From assembly GCA_964016885.1 (NCBI GenBank), contig OZ024742.1, positions 57,288,001-57,352,000 on the forward strand: a stretch of 64,000 nucleotides of DNA, read 5' to 3'. Under the pieces are notes generated by a model, which made no database searches, was not told the DNA's origin, and saw only the letters and a list, made by a program, of their open reading frames with translations. The first letter of the stretch is position 1. Every line of letters begins with the position of its first letter. The position numbers and the translations under genes are program-made. Source of the stretch: Eledone cirrhosa. Its lineage: Eukaryota. Below, one piece after another: positions 42,983-59,925 of the stretch.

Positions 42983-43019
42983 CATATATATATATATGTA
43001 TATGTGTATGTGTATGTAT

Positions 43020-43051
<32 letters not shown>

Positions 43052-43121
43052 GTACGTATTTATATATCTATATATATATATGTATGTATGTACATATATA
43101 TATATATATGTGTGTGTGTAC

Positions 43122-43167
<46 letters not shown>

Positions 43168-43616
43168 TGGCTGCCACCAAATTAGAAAAGACTTTCATTC
43201 AAGTGTCTTTCATGTCTACCCTTCATATTCAGTTAGAAATCCAAAATTAATTGATTTCGTCTGAAAACAAAATAGCAAAAGCTTTTCTTATTCAAACTCA
43301 TTCGAAATAACTTGAATCGTCTATTACAAAGTTATTGTACTATAGTCCTTGAGTGAAGATGTGTGGCGTTTTTTTGTTAGAGCGTCGGATTAACAATCGT
43401 GAGGTTATGAGTTCGATTCCCCAAGATGGGACAGCTAGAGCGACAAGTACTTTCTTTATCAGACTCCAAAAGAATGGAAATCAAACTTGAGTTCGTTGAT
43501 ACTAGAGTCGGAACAAATTTCGCTACGCATACTTACTGATGCTTTAACGATTCAATCTTCCACCTTTAGTTTTATTATAGTAAATAACAAATACTATAAT
43601 AGATAGGTCTATACGT

Positions 43617-43711
<95 letters not shown>

Positions 43712-44211
43712 AAGTTACACTCTGTGACAAGCTCGGAGGTTCGTCAGGCGAGTGTTTATCCAAGTTTCATTGCCGTTAAGCGACAGAGAGTACAAAACTT
43801 CCTCCTGGACAGGAGGCCAGTTCGTCGCAAGGTTAAATTTCGGCTACTGTTGATACTTGTCTCAAGAACAAAACGTTCCACCCGGTTCAAGAATCGAACT
43901 CACGACATCATCGTAAATCCTACACCATAACGTATTTCTTGTTATAATTAATCGATGCTGCTTTTTTTTTGTTTAACCCTAGGTCCGTCACGATGAATCA
44001 AAACTTTTATCATAGCTGTTTCAGACGTGTCCATCGTGCTTTTGTTTATGATGAAATGCATATAGGTCTATATTTTTCAGAATACACATCTTCCTTCCAT
44101 TTTTAAGCCGGTGTGACTTGGTTAAGATTTGATTGCTATTTCTAGCAGGTTGAGCATTTATGTAGAGGTTTTTTCGTTAGATGGTCCTTTAACATGTTAA
44201 TATGGGGATGG

Positions 44212-44260
<49 letters not shown>

Positions 44261-44767
44261 GGTTTTGTGTTACTTGGTGTTATTCTCTATATATACTTCG
44301 GTTAGGTGTTAAAACCACTTCATTCTAGAGCTGATTCATAAAGTAATAAGGTATTGCATTCGTAAAATCAAAATAAAAGTTGACTCCTAATAAACAATTC
44401 AAGTAAAGTTCTCAATTTACCTTTAAGAAAGAGCATGTTCTTACGTGAAGAATGTGAAGCAATTTGCACCAAAGACCCACGCGGAAATCCGAACTGAAAA
44501 CCAAGTTAAACCTCAAAGTATATTATCAAGTCAAGGAGAGTTATCTCCCACGAAAAAAATTGTGTTCTTTTTCAGATAGAAATTGCTGCTCCTTATTGAT
44601 TAATGTGATAAACGTGGTCTAAGTTAACCAATGAAAAACAGTGATGTCGTGACGCCATCTTGGATTAAGACATGTTTGTCATTTTAGAGATTCATGGTGG
44701 CTTCATTGATCGAACATTCGTGATACTTAAACTATCGACAATAGATATATATTATTATTATTATCAT

Positions 44768-44862
<95 letters not shown>

Positions 44863-44907
44863 GATAGATAGATATACATACATACAAACATATAAGTACA
44901 TACATAT

Positions 44908-45002
<95 letters not shown>

Positions 45003-45156
45003 CATACATACATATAAATATATATATACATAGATAGATAGATAGATATACATACATACAAACATATACGTACATACATATATATACATACATATATACT
45101 TACATACATACATACATACAAACATACATACATACATACATACATACATACATACA

Positions 45157-45187
<31 letters not shown>

Positions 45188-45812
45188 GTGTATGTATGTT
45201 TGCGTATATATTTATTTATATAGAGAGAATGGGGGAAAGAAAAGGAAAAAGATAAAACGAGAATGCAATTATATATACGTTTTTTTTTAGCCTCCAGAGA
45301 AAACGCCTTAACGCACTTCACAGTTGCAAGATGAGGAGGAGGAGGAGGAGGGGGAGGAGGAGGAGGGGGGGGGGAAGAAGAAGAAGAAGAAGAAGAAGAA
45401 GAAGAAGAAGAAGAAGAAGGGAAATTTACTCATTGTGTCTGCTAATCTGACGATTATTTTAAAAAGTCCGGCATAACCAATGGAGGCTGCGTGTAGTCAG
45501 TATGGTTGGCGTGGTTGATGTGGTTGGTGTAGTTGGTGTCGCTGGCGAACAATGGATTATGTTGAAGAGGTGGCAACTGGAAAAATCAAATACAGAACAT
45601 CATGACTATCAGGTGTTCACTGAAGAATGATTGGAAAAGAAACAAAAAAAGAAGAAAGGAAACTCGAGAAAATATCTCTGGCGAAGTATTGATTGCCTCC
45701 AACTGTATTTCTTGTTTTCTCGTTCACTGTGTGAAAATGTACTTGAAATAATAAATATAAGCACCATATTATCTAGATATGTTTTAGAATGTGAGTGAGT
45801 TGGAATGCGTGC

Positions 45813-45977
<165 letters not shown>

Positions 45978-45981
45978 TGCA

Positions 45982-46016
<35 letters not shown>

Positions 46017-46669
46017 AAGTATGAGACATTTTGAGTATTTAAGTCTGTATGGATATATGTGTGTCTCTGAATTCGTAAGTTTCCGAATATGTGTGTATGT
46101 AAATATTTGTGCACGTTTCCATGTGCGCATGTGTGTGTGAGTGCGTGTGCATGCGTGTGTATGTGTGTGTGTGTAAATATGTGTGTATTTCTGACTCTTT
46201 GTGTCTGTATGCATATATTTGTGTGTCTGTGTGAGCGTCTGTGTGTCTGTGTGAGCGTCTATGTGTCTGTGTCTGTATATATAACACCCTCGTCATAATC
46301 ACCACCACCACCACCACTAACAACACCACCATCACCACTACCATCACCACAATCATTATCATCCTCATCACCACCACTACCGTGACCTCCACCATAACCA
46401 CCATCTTCATCATCATCTCCATCGCCCATTATATATGTCCACTGCAAGACGAATGCCTCCCCAAAACGGTGTCATTTATATATGGGTGCATTAATATATG
46501 AAAATGGGTTCTGTGTGTAGTGTATGCGTGTGTGTATATAAATATATATATATATGTGTATGTGAGTACATGTATATGTTTCTGTATTTATGCGTGTATA
46601 TGTGTTTCTGTATCTGTGTGTATCTGTTTCTCTGTGTATATGTATGCATATGTTTATATATATATATAT

Positions 46670-46751
<82 letters not shown>

Positions 46752-46840
46752 TGTGTGTAATAACAATAATAAAATGGATGAGGTGTTAAATTTTATTATT
46801 ATTATTACTTTGGTGAACCTACAGTAACGTGACGTTACAA

Positions 46841-48784
<1,944 letters not shown>

Positions 48785-48789
48785 TATAT

Positions 48790-49071
48790 ATAATAAGGAG
48801 TTGACGGCCCCAGCATATTTATCAATGCCAGGACCGGTTGTATCTCAGCGTACTCAATAGGCAATGTAAGATACATTCCCAGAGTATACACATAGTTATT
48901 CGCTTCAATACAACACACGTAAAACAGGTGCCTGTAATAGTTCCCGGGCTCGAGTTTCGGCCACACTTAATGCAGTAGTAGGGTGCACTGCACTCTCCGT
49001 CTGCATATATTATGCAACAATGCATAATCAGCGTATGTGGCTTCATCACTGGGTATCGCCTAATCAATAAC

Positions 49072-49075
<4 letters not shown>
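48790..49075 (-). mobile_element. (TA)n-embedded pLTR remnant with degenerate long-stem-II HHR
   Basis: ccca-GTGATGA-agccaca..tgtggcc-GAAA-c(tcga)g-CC-cggg at 48943-49053; ttgagtac at 48850. Confidence 0.6.
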
Positions 49076-49118
<43 letters not shown>

Positions 49119-49871
49119 TTAAGGATACTATTTATGGTTATGTATATACTAAAACCTTTTATAGTTATATATATTTTAACCTGCTCTATAAAATTGGATT
49201 ATAGAACAAGCTGTAATGTTCTAACATAATTCATCAAGCATCCAATATTGAATCATCGTAAATTATGTGAAGGACATATAATCTATATATTACGTTTCCT
49301 GGATTGTGAAAATGGTGTATACGAAAACCATAACATTGTTTTACTTCTCATTTTTAATATTCTTAATATCTCTCTACACACAAGCTTCTATATCATACAT
49401 ATAAAAAATACTTTACCAATACAACCCCCATAATACTCTTGATTGCCCGCTTAAAGTGCTTGTATTACATACAACACCCTGCCGAACTATAATCTTATAT
49501 AAACAAGACACACGTGCATGCCCCATGTGTAACTATTGCATACACTAACAACTTCAAACTACCCTCTTGCTTTATCTTCGTAAACTGGCAATGTTGTATT
49601 TTAACTTTAATTTTGTTCTTTGATATGACTTTAATCTTTGTAAATTGCCATGCTAAATATTATAATGGATGTCAACCCACTGAGCATCAATATATACATA
49701 TGTTTCTGTATGTCTCTTGTGTTAAAAAGGAGGTCATGTATGTAAACAATCATTGAAAAATTGCTGCGAAGACTCCAAACCTCGGTTTGGAAGAAACAAT
49801 TATAAGCGAATAAATGGTATAAACAGAACTTTGATTCATGTAATTTCTCTATATATATATATATATATATA

Positions 49872-50195
49872 TACGATATTAAATAAATGGAAACTATATT
49901 TATAAAACCATATCTATTTCATTATATATATTTCAGGGATATCATATTAACAATATGCTATGCCTTCCTCAGACAAAATACAATATATTGTATATTGTAT
50001 TTTGTCTGAGGAAGGCATAGCATATTGTTAATATGATATCCCTGAAATATATATAATGAAATAGATATGGTTTTATAAATATAGTTTCCATTTATTTAAT
50101 ATCGTAAATATACTCCAAATACTTGTCGAGTGCTTTTATATCAGTTATAAATATTTACTAGTTGTAACCCAACAATTTAAATATAACTTTCCATG
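49872..50195 (+). mobile_element. Palindromic solo pLTR of the 3176-6348 PLE family with two opposed HHRs
   Basis: 49872-49985 is the inverse of 49993-50106; 49993-50195 matches 6145-6348; CTGAGGA cores at 49915-49980 (-) and 49998-50063 (+). Confidence 0.88.
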
Positions 50196-50213
50196 TATAT
50201 ATATATATATATA

Positions 50214-50500
50214 TATATTTAGTTATGTAATAAACAACATAAGATAATTATTTCATTTACCAGTGGTTTCTTGAAAGCAGATATATGTTTTCAGTCGTCA
50301 GAATGAATAAAACATGGTGTTTTTATTAAATATGGATTTGAAAACTAAATATATTTCTTATATTTGTTTTCAAATCCATATTTAATAAAAACACCATGTT
50401 TTATTGATTCTGACGACTGAAAACAGATATATTTGCTTTCAAGAAACCACTGGTAAATGAAATAATTATCTTATGTTGTTTATTATATAACTAAATATAT
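50214..50500. mobile_element. Palindromic (TA)n-embedded element with two opposed HHRs
   Basis: About 140-bp arms; ttcatt-CTGACGA-tgaaa..tttca-GAAA-ccactgg-TA-aatgaa at 50252-50307 (-) and 50404-50461 (+). Confidence 0.8.
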
Positions 50501-51106
50501 ATATATATATATACGTGGAAAAGTAAGAAATCGAAGAATAGACCGTTAAAACATGTTTATTTAAAACAGCACCTACGTACGTTTCGCCCAGTTGGGCTTG
50601 TCAAGGGCATAAATAACTAAAAGTGTTCCTTACATTGCTCGGAAAGAGTTATGGGGGTTAAGTTCACGTCAAGATTCATTCTTTGCAAAAAAAGCGTATT
50701 TTGATTTTGCAGTAGGTCAATGGAGGTAACTCTGGCCGGTGTTAGGGCAGTCTTTCCCGGACAAATTTTTTATCCGTTACAAGATGTGGTTACAACCTTA
50801 CCATTGTCGATAGGTACAGGGTCATGTAATCAACGCTTATTTTGAGATGTTTGTTTTTCCGCACCTGCTTTCCTGGGTCGTTTGAGGCTGGGTCTGGGAT
50901 GCATGGTTAGTTTCCTGGGTGTTTTTTTGCAGCGCCTGCCCGCCTGGGTGTTAAAGCTTGTTGCAGGGAGACCCGGTACACGGTTTCACTCCTCATCCTC
51001 AACCGGCACTAGTATTGAGCACCTTTGGCATACGCTACTTGGCAAATAACTACATGTATCACCTATCCTTCCTTTTTTTTCTCTCTCTCTCGATACGTAA
51101 ATACTT

Positions 51107-51165
<59 letters not shown>

Positions 51166-51218
51166 TGTGGATATATTGCTGTATGCATGCGTGGTGTGTA
51201 TATGTTTCCTTATGTATG

Positions 51219-51306
<88 letters not shown>

Positions 51307-51628
51307 CAATTAAGTTAAAGTCAGTCATACAAAAGTGAGTTAGAAGCGAAACGAAATTTAATTTCGTTTCGTTATTTGTTTTTATATATATATAAATATA
51401 TATATATATGCGTGTGTATATATTTTTGTATGTATGCATGGTATGTATTGTCATCAATTTCTAAGAATAGTTTTAAATACGGGGTCAAAACATCAAGATA
51501 AACATTTCCAGACATTCTTGCTGCAACAATAGTTGCAATTGTTTGTCTCAATGCAGAAATGTGTGGGTTAATCGGTAATAATTTACAATGAGAATCATGT
51601 CCTTCCTCTTATTACTGTTACTGGTTTT

Positions 51629-51663
<35 letters not shown>

Positions 51664-51671
51664 CGTTGCCA

Positions 51672-51702
<31 letters not shown>

Positions 51703-51852
51703 TATTTTGTTTTTTTGGTGTTGTTGCTGCTGCTGATGATGATGATAATGATGTTGATGATGATGATGATGATGATGACGACGACGAGGAATACGTTGAT
51801 GATATTGATTATGATGACGACGACGACGACGACAACGATAATGATAATGATA

Positions 51853-51912
<60 letters not shown>

Positions 51913-52912
51913 TTTTGTGTTGTTTATTTTGGCGAGGATGTCTTAGTTGTTGCAATTCGTTTGGAAAAAGTTACATAAAGACCTTTTAATAAATTGGTAT
52001 TGATTTTGTTTAAAAAACTATTTTATGTAACAAAGAATACAACACTATCAATCTGCATCAACTTTCTGTTTCATGATATTACTTTTCCTGGTTATTACGT
52101 GGACAGATTTCACGGGTAAAACAGGAGACCCAGGAGTGGATCCCGAGCAAGATGGTTGGATAACATCCATGAGTTCTGCTTGTCTCGCTCGGGAATCCAA
52201 CCGGATCAGTTAGAGATGGTTGTTTCTGACATGACCCGCTGGATGGCGTGCTTAAGGACTCTGCTTCCACGATCGTACCAAGAAGAAGAAGAAGAAGAAG
52301 AAGAAGAAGAAGAAGAAGAAGAAGAAGAAGAAGAAGAAGAAGAATATTACATTTTAACACCTCTTTCACGATGTCTTTTTAGATAATATATTAGACTTAT
52401 TGATTGGGTACTTCAAGGAACGTGCCTTAAAAAATTCTATTTAGGGGCCTCTCAAATTTCTAATCAGTTCATCGACAATGTTCTTAATAATCTTCCAAAA
52501 GTCACATCTGTTAGCATTTTTCAAATAACCAATCAAATCCATAGCCTTTGACTGCAGAAAAAAAGACACGATTCCTAATTTTAATTTATTATCGATGCTG
52601 ATAGATGTTTCGTAATATGAATCAAGCGAAATTGATCAGGATTCGTTTACATATTGAATCGAAACCAAAGTAGTTCGTATTGAGGAATATCGAAAAACAA
52701 ATTTTAGATGGTATAGTTCTATAGAATATTTTCACGAGAATTTCTAGCAATAGATGGAAGAGATATTCAATTTCAGCAAAACCTTAGAAATGCTTTCGTA
52801 TCAAGCTGGATGTTTTAGAAAGTCTTACTAAATAACGTTCACATAATAAATCTTAGAACTTTCCGGAAACACTGTACTAGTTCATTGTGTATGTGAACGA
52901 GATTGATTGATT

Positions 52913-53082
<170 letters not shown>

Positions 53083-54569
53083 GTGTGTGTGTGTCTGTGT
53101 GTGTGCGTGCGTGTGTTTATGTGCGCGCTTCTGTAATATTATACGTCTCTTCAGTGCATCATATGAGATGAAAATGATAATAGATTCATAATAATTTCTA
53201 CTATAGGCACAAGGACAGTAATTTTCCTTTTCAGTACTTTACTTTAGTTAAGGGCTAGTTTTGTTATAATGGTTCTTTAAATGTTGGATAATGGCACATC
53301 TGGTATTGAAATAACATTTCTTCAAATCTCTTCATTTTATTTTTAAAGGAACAGTAGATAACTCTATTTCCAATATCGAAATATCATTTCTTTAACCAAA
53401 CTGAAATAAGTAGAGAGGTCAATGTAAAACCCTTGAATTCAACATAGTCGTAGTCAATTGACCGACAATGTATGATAAAATAACTATAAAGTACGAGTTC
53501 CTTAAATAAGAATCTATTCAAGAGAAATTTAGTGTGTATGATGTAATTATGTTTCTTCAAATTAGCGATCATTCCGTTCTGCCACTTCTTAACGTTTACA
53601 CATTGTAAGACCCCTATGGCACGGTTAAAACTACTGGTTACATTAGCAGTACACCAGAGTGTTGATAATTATTTCTTACACACAATAACATACACACATT
53701 ACATATATACATTACACATATAACAAACACAAATATGAGCACACATTAAACCGTCATATACACCATATCTATATTCCATATCTATACAAACGCACTTTAT
53801 CAGATATTATATAATTACAACATTCAGTTTTATAGTTAACACACAATGTCTATAATAGTTATCTTGTATTGTGTACCAAAGTAGAGGAGGTAATTCCCAG
53901 CAAGTGAAGATTGTGGTGATGTTTCGCCTCCCAGTCGAAGCTAATTCACTTGCTTCACACCCCATATAGTTACATATATATATATATAGTTTCAATATCG
54001 AAGTAAAACATATAGCATAAGAGATACTAAATGTGAAGTGCTGTAGACAGAATTGTGTATAGCCTCACCTATATATAGTCTTTATATCTAGGTAAAATAT
54101 ATAATATAAGTGATATTAGGTGTAAAGTTTTGTGGTATAAGTTGTAAACTTGTGGCGATTCCTGCTCTCAACGCAGCATCGATTATTTCATCATGTTTCA
54201 TTCATTTCATTCTTAGAAAAAGAATGATGTTATAATATTCTCTTATTTTCTTCCTAATATATAAGGTTGTTTCTGGATTTCATATAAAGATTTCTACTTG
54301 TATATAAATATAGATAAATATATAAATATATGTGTGCCTATATAGAGATTTCTATATACATAAATATATATAATATATGTGTATGTGTGCTTTCATTGTA
54401 AATCCCAACCGATGCTGGAGGAGACTACAACTCAATAAAGAATCCAATACAATATATGTAGGGTCTTTATAGTTTTATTTATTAAATGAAATACACCTTG
54501 AAAATATAACAACGTTTCGATACATTATTGTTCCTTGCTCTAGATAGGAATGCAAGTATATTAATTTCT

Positions 54570-54750
54570 AATTTAGGCACAAGGCCAGCAAATTTAGGGG
54601 AAAGGCAAAGTTGATTAAACACTCCCTGTACTTGACTGGTACTTTATCGATCCCGGAAGTTGACCTCGTCCGGATTTGAAGCACAGAATACAAAGAGGCA
54701 GAACAAATAACACAATTGCATTGTATCCAATGCTCAACCAATTCTGCCAT
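54570..54750 (-). mobile_element. SINE family A, diverged copy
   Basis: ggcacaaggccagcaa..ctggtactttatcga..gttgacctcg..gatttgaa..ttctgcca. Confidence 0.7.
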
Positions 54751-55069
54751 TCCATTATTACCCTTAGGAATGCAATCATATTAGAATCTAGCAATATACT
54801 CGTATATAAGTATCACTGAGTAATTCATCAGTTAGATTCCAACCTACTAAAATGGCGGTTCTGTTCCACTATTATATGTTGTTTTGCCTGAGGCACAAGG
54901 CTGATGTATGTATATAAGGAAAGGTTACATGTTCAGCTTAATCAATAACGTTTTGTTTTTTGTTTCTTTCACTAGTCTGGAGTTGATGAAGAAGCTGTAC
55001 GCAATCATAGCAGGCACTCCGACACCGTAGGGTTAATGACGATACTAATCTACTTTATCCAATGCAATT

Positions 55070-55420
55070 CGTCGTATATAGAGAGGGAATTCCAGGAGGC
55101 GGGGAGATATTCTTGGGGGTAACGGACTGGGTATATTGGTTAGTGTGATGTAAGGTGCAGTTAAAAGCAATGTGGATAGTGTGAGAAGGAGAGTGAAATG
55201 AGTTGAGTGTGTTTGTGTCGTGATAGAACGGGCTGAAAGCAGACCACTACGAGGAACAGGAACAATTGTAGTTGCGGGGGGGGGGATATAAGGGGTGACA
55301 TAGCACGCCTGTGGGTCAAAGTTTTATAGAAGGCATCCTGGCAATCAGTCGAGAGGATTTTCACTGGATGCGGTCTAAGATAGTTGGATCTGTAGTAACA
55401 GCAACACTGTCTCAGATAAG
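55070..55420 (-). mobile_element. LINE RT C-terminal remnant
   Basis: ILDRIQ*KSSRLI..LTHRR..WNSL-like motifs across frames. Confidence 0.45.
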
Positions 55421-56127
55421 GGAGTGAAAGCCTATTGTGATTCTCAATGCACTATAATCTTATGAGATGAGTGCACTGTTCTTTCTGACAGCACAGTGTT
55501 CTCTGTATAGAACAGAAATAATTAATAAACACGGAGATAAATATGCTTTTTGCCTTCATATGTTCTGCCCTACTCTATTTTACTTAATTTTTTCGATTTA
55601 TATTTCAACAATTATTACTGGAAGCATCTAGAAATATGTCTGCCCCTTTTATCGATTTATCAATCTACGTCTTTATTGACATTACTGATTTTCAAAATAT
55701 TCTGATTTAAAAGAGAAAAACATGTGTTTGTTTACGTTTTGTTTTTGTTTGTTTTGTTTTCGGTTTTTTATTATTTTCCAGTTTATCGTAATTATAAATA
55801 TACGTTATTTATTTCAGTATTGTTGTAAATGTAGTTATAGTTTGGATTGCAATTATTGTTATAGTTGTTGTCGTTAATGTTGTTCTGATTTGTATTGTTG
55901 TTGTTATTGTGATTGATTGTTCTGTAAGTATTTTAATTTGTTTTATTATGTATTCTCGGGAAATCAATATTTTCTTGATCAAAAATTCTTGCTATTTCAA
56001 AGATTTTATTCAATAAACAAACAGAAACCTACTGTTAACTCAGATAGAAGATTCTAATCGAGACATATTGATCATTTATATTATATATCATACATAAATA
56101 TTGCTGCATGTATGCATATGTGTTTGC

Positions 56128-56198
<71 letters not shown>

Positions 56199-56236
56199 AT
56201 ATATATATATATACATATACACATATATATATATAT

Positions 56237-58401
56237 AAAAAAAATAAGGGCGCTGCGGAGTTGCAAATGGGTTACATATGAAAAGGGTTTGTCCTTCATC
56301 AGTGATCTTCCAACCATCATAGGCATTTCATCGCTTTAAAGACCATATACCTCCGGTTGGTGCGAGCAACGGCTAAAGAAAGACGTTGGGACACGTAAAT
56401 AAAGGGGACGCGAGGGTAAACAAACAAAATGGTGAAGCAACAGAAAGTGAGGAAGAAAGAGACAAGTCCCAGATTTCTATGAATTTAAATTCGGTGAAAT
56501 CGTGAACGAGAGAATAAAGACCATCAAACCTGGTTGAAATGTGAGCAGGGAAGGAATTTCGCACAGGTCTAACGGGAGGAAGAAGGGGTCTGGTCTGCGA
56601 ATTCGGTAAACATAAGTTCTGTGAAATCGTAGACGAGAGAGAGAAAAAATTCATACCAGCTTGGCCAGCGTGCGGGAGAAAAGAATTACACACAGGTCAA
56701 ACGGGAAGAAAGAGGAGGAGGAGAGGTAGTGACAGAGAATGAGTGAGTGAAGGGTGAGGAAGAGGCTAACAGAGAGAGAGAGACTGCTAGAAAGGGTAAA
56801 GATACATAGAACGAAAAAGACAGGTAGCAGCAGAGGAAAAAATATGTGTAAATATGAAAATAAGGGCGCTGCGGAGTTGCAAATGGGTTACATATGAAAA
56901 AAGTTTGTCCTTCATCAGTGATCTTCCAGCGATCATAGGCATTTCATCGCTTTAAAGCCCATATACCTCCGGTTGGTGCGAGCAACGGCTAAAAAAAGAC
57001 GTTGGGACACGTAAATAAAGGGGACGCGAGGGTAAACAAACAAAATGGTGAAGCAACAGAAAGTGAGGAAGAAAGAGACAAGTCCCAGATTTCTATGAAT
57101 TTAAATTCGGTGAAATCGTGAACGAGAGAATAAAGACCATCAAACCTGGTTGAAATGTGAGCAAGGAAGGAATTTCGCACAGGTCTAACGGGAGGAAGAA
57201 GGGGTCTGGTCTGCGAATTCGGTAAACATAAGTTCTGTGAAATCGTAGACGAGAGAGAGAAAAAATTCATACCAGCTTGGCTAGCGTGCGGGAGAAAAGA
57301 ATTACACACAGGTCAAACGGGAAGAAAGAGGAGGAGGAGAGGTAGTGACAGAGAATGAGTGAGTGAAGGGTGAGGAAGAGGTAATTCTTTTCTCCCGCAC
57401 GCTAGCCAAGCTGGTATGAATTTTCTCTCTCGTCTACGATTTCACAGAACTTATGTTTACCGAATTCGCAGACCAGACCCCTTCTTCCTCCCGTTAGACC
57501 TGTGCGAAATTCCTTCCTTGCTCACATTTCAACCAGGTTTGATGGTCTTTATTCTCTCGTTCACGATTTCACCGAATTTAAATTCATAGAAATCTGGGAC
57601 TTGTCTCTTTCTTCCTCACTTTCTGTTGCTTCACCATTTTGTTTGTTTACCCTCGCGTCCCCTTTATTTACGTGTCCCAACGTCTTTTTTTAGCCGTTGC
57701 TCGCACCAACCGGAGGTATATGGGCTTTAAAGCGATGAAATGCCTATGATGGCTGGAAGATCACTGATGAAGGACAAACTTTTTTCATATGTAACCCATT
57801 TGCAACTCCGCAGCGCCCATATTTTCATATTTACACATATTTTTTCCTCTGCTGCTACATGTCTTTTTCGTTCTATGTATCTTTACCCTTCTAGCAGTCT
57901 CTCTCTCTCTCTCTGTTAGCCTCTTCCTTACCCTTCACTCACTCATTCTCTGTCACTATCTCTCCTCCTCCTCTTTCTTCCCGTTTGACCTGTGTGTAAT
58001 TCTTTTCTCCCGCACGCTAGCCAAGCTGGTATGAATTTTTTCTCTCTCTCGTCTACGATTTCACAGAACTTATGTTTACCGGATTCGCAGACCAGACCCC
58101 TTCTTCCTCCCGTTAGACCTGTGCGAAATTCCTTCCTTGCTCACATTTCAACCAGGTTTGATGGTCTTTATTCTCTCGTTCACGATTTCATCGAATTTAA
58201 ATTCATAGAAATCTGGGACTTGTCTCTTTCTTCCTCACTTTCTGTTGCTTCACCATTTTGTTTGTTTACTCTCGCGTCCCCTTTATTTACGTGTCCCAAC
58301 GTCTTTCTTTAGCCGTTGCTCGCACCAACCGGAGGTATATGCTCTTTAAAGCGATGAAATGCCTATGATGGTTGGAAGATCACTGATGAAGGACAAACTT
58401 T

Positions 58402-58407
<6 letters not shown>
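56237..58407. mobile_element. 2.2-kb fold-back of a tandem 616-bp non-coding unit, in (TA)n
   Basis: Period 616 (56241/56857); the right arm 57382-58407 is the inverse of the left arm up to 57304; 77-bp spacer. Confidence 0.9.
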
Positions 58408-58485
<78 letters not shown>

Positions 58486-58544
58486 TTATATACATACATA
58501 TATATATATGTATGTATGTATCTATATGTGTATATATATATATA

Positions 58545-59090
<546 letters not shown>

Positions 59091-59106
59091 ATATATATAT
59101 ATATAT

Positions 59107-59770
59107 AAGGAAAAAAGATGAAATCAAAAATGCAGCTGGAGCCTTTTCTTTTTAAATAAATATTTATTTGGTTCCTTTACCGGTTTCGCAGTTCTCCTGC
59201 TTTTCAAAAGTAGAATTGAGATGGAGGGTTTGTGGCTTTTCTCACATCTGGTTGGTCTTTGAATGTTACTTCTGTTTTATAAAAGTGGCTCGAAATGCTA
59301 GGTTTTTAGAGAAGTAATTTGGTTGGTTGGTGAATAAGTATAATAAATTTCGCGCCAGTTCTCGTTACAAAGTTCTTATTATATTTGCCTTCAAACAAAA
59401 GGGGGCTCGGGTTGTTTTTTCATATAAGAGTGAAGTTTGGTTGGTTGATGCAGTCACGTGAATAAGCACATCAGCTTTCGCGCAAGTTTGTGTTTGAATT
59501 TCTTTTTACTTAAAAAAAGGTGGCCCACGAATGCGTTTTTTTTTAAATGTAATTTGATTGGTTATAAATGAAATTATTACTGTCACGTGAACAAGTACAT
59601 TAAATATCGAGCCCGTATTTGGGAATTTATTTTGTAGCCTTTTAGAGAATTTTGTGCCAAACAAAAGATAATAGTCAAGAAAAACGGAATGGGGAGAATT
59701 GTTCTGGTTCAGTCAATATGGCTGGTGTGGTGGGGTGTCAGAATTCATACTTTCTATTGAAATAAAGAAA
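59107..59770 (-). mobile_element. (TA)n-embedded pLTR-like element with degenerate HHR and repeated promoter motifs
   Basis: ctt-TTGAAAA-gcag..ctgc-GAAA-ccgg-TA-aag at 59175-59210; three ~117-bp diverged repeats upstream. Confidence 0.55.
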
Positions 59771-59849
<79 letters not shown>

Positions 59850-59862
59850 TATACATACATAT

Positions 59863-59925
<63 letters not shown>

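Noticed and set aside
56373-58312. Repeated 106-aa ORF (MCNSFLPH...)
   Set aside because: GTG start, no recognisable domain, and recurrence is explained by the DNA repeat
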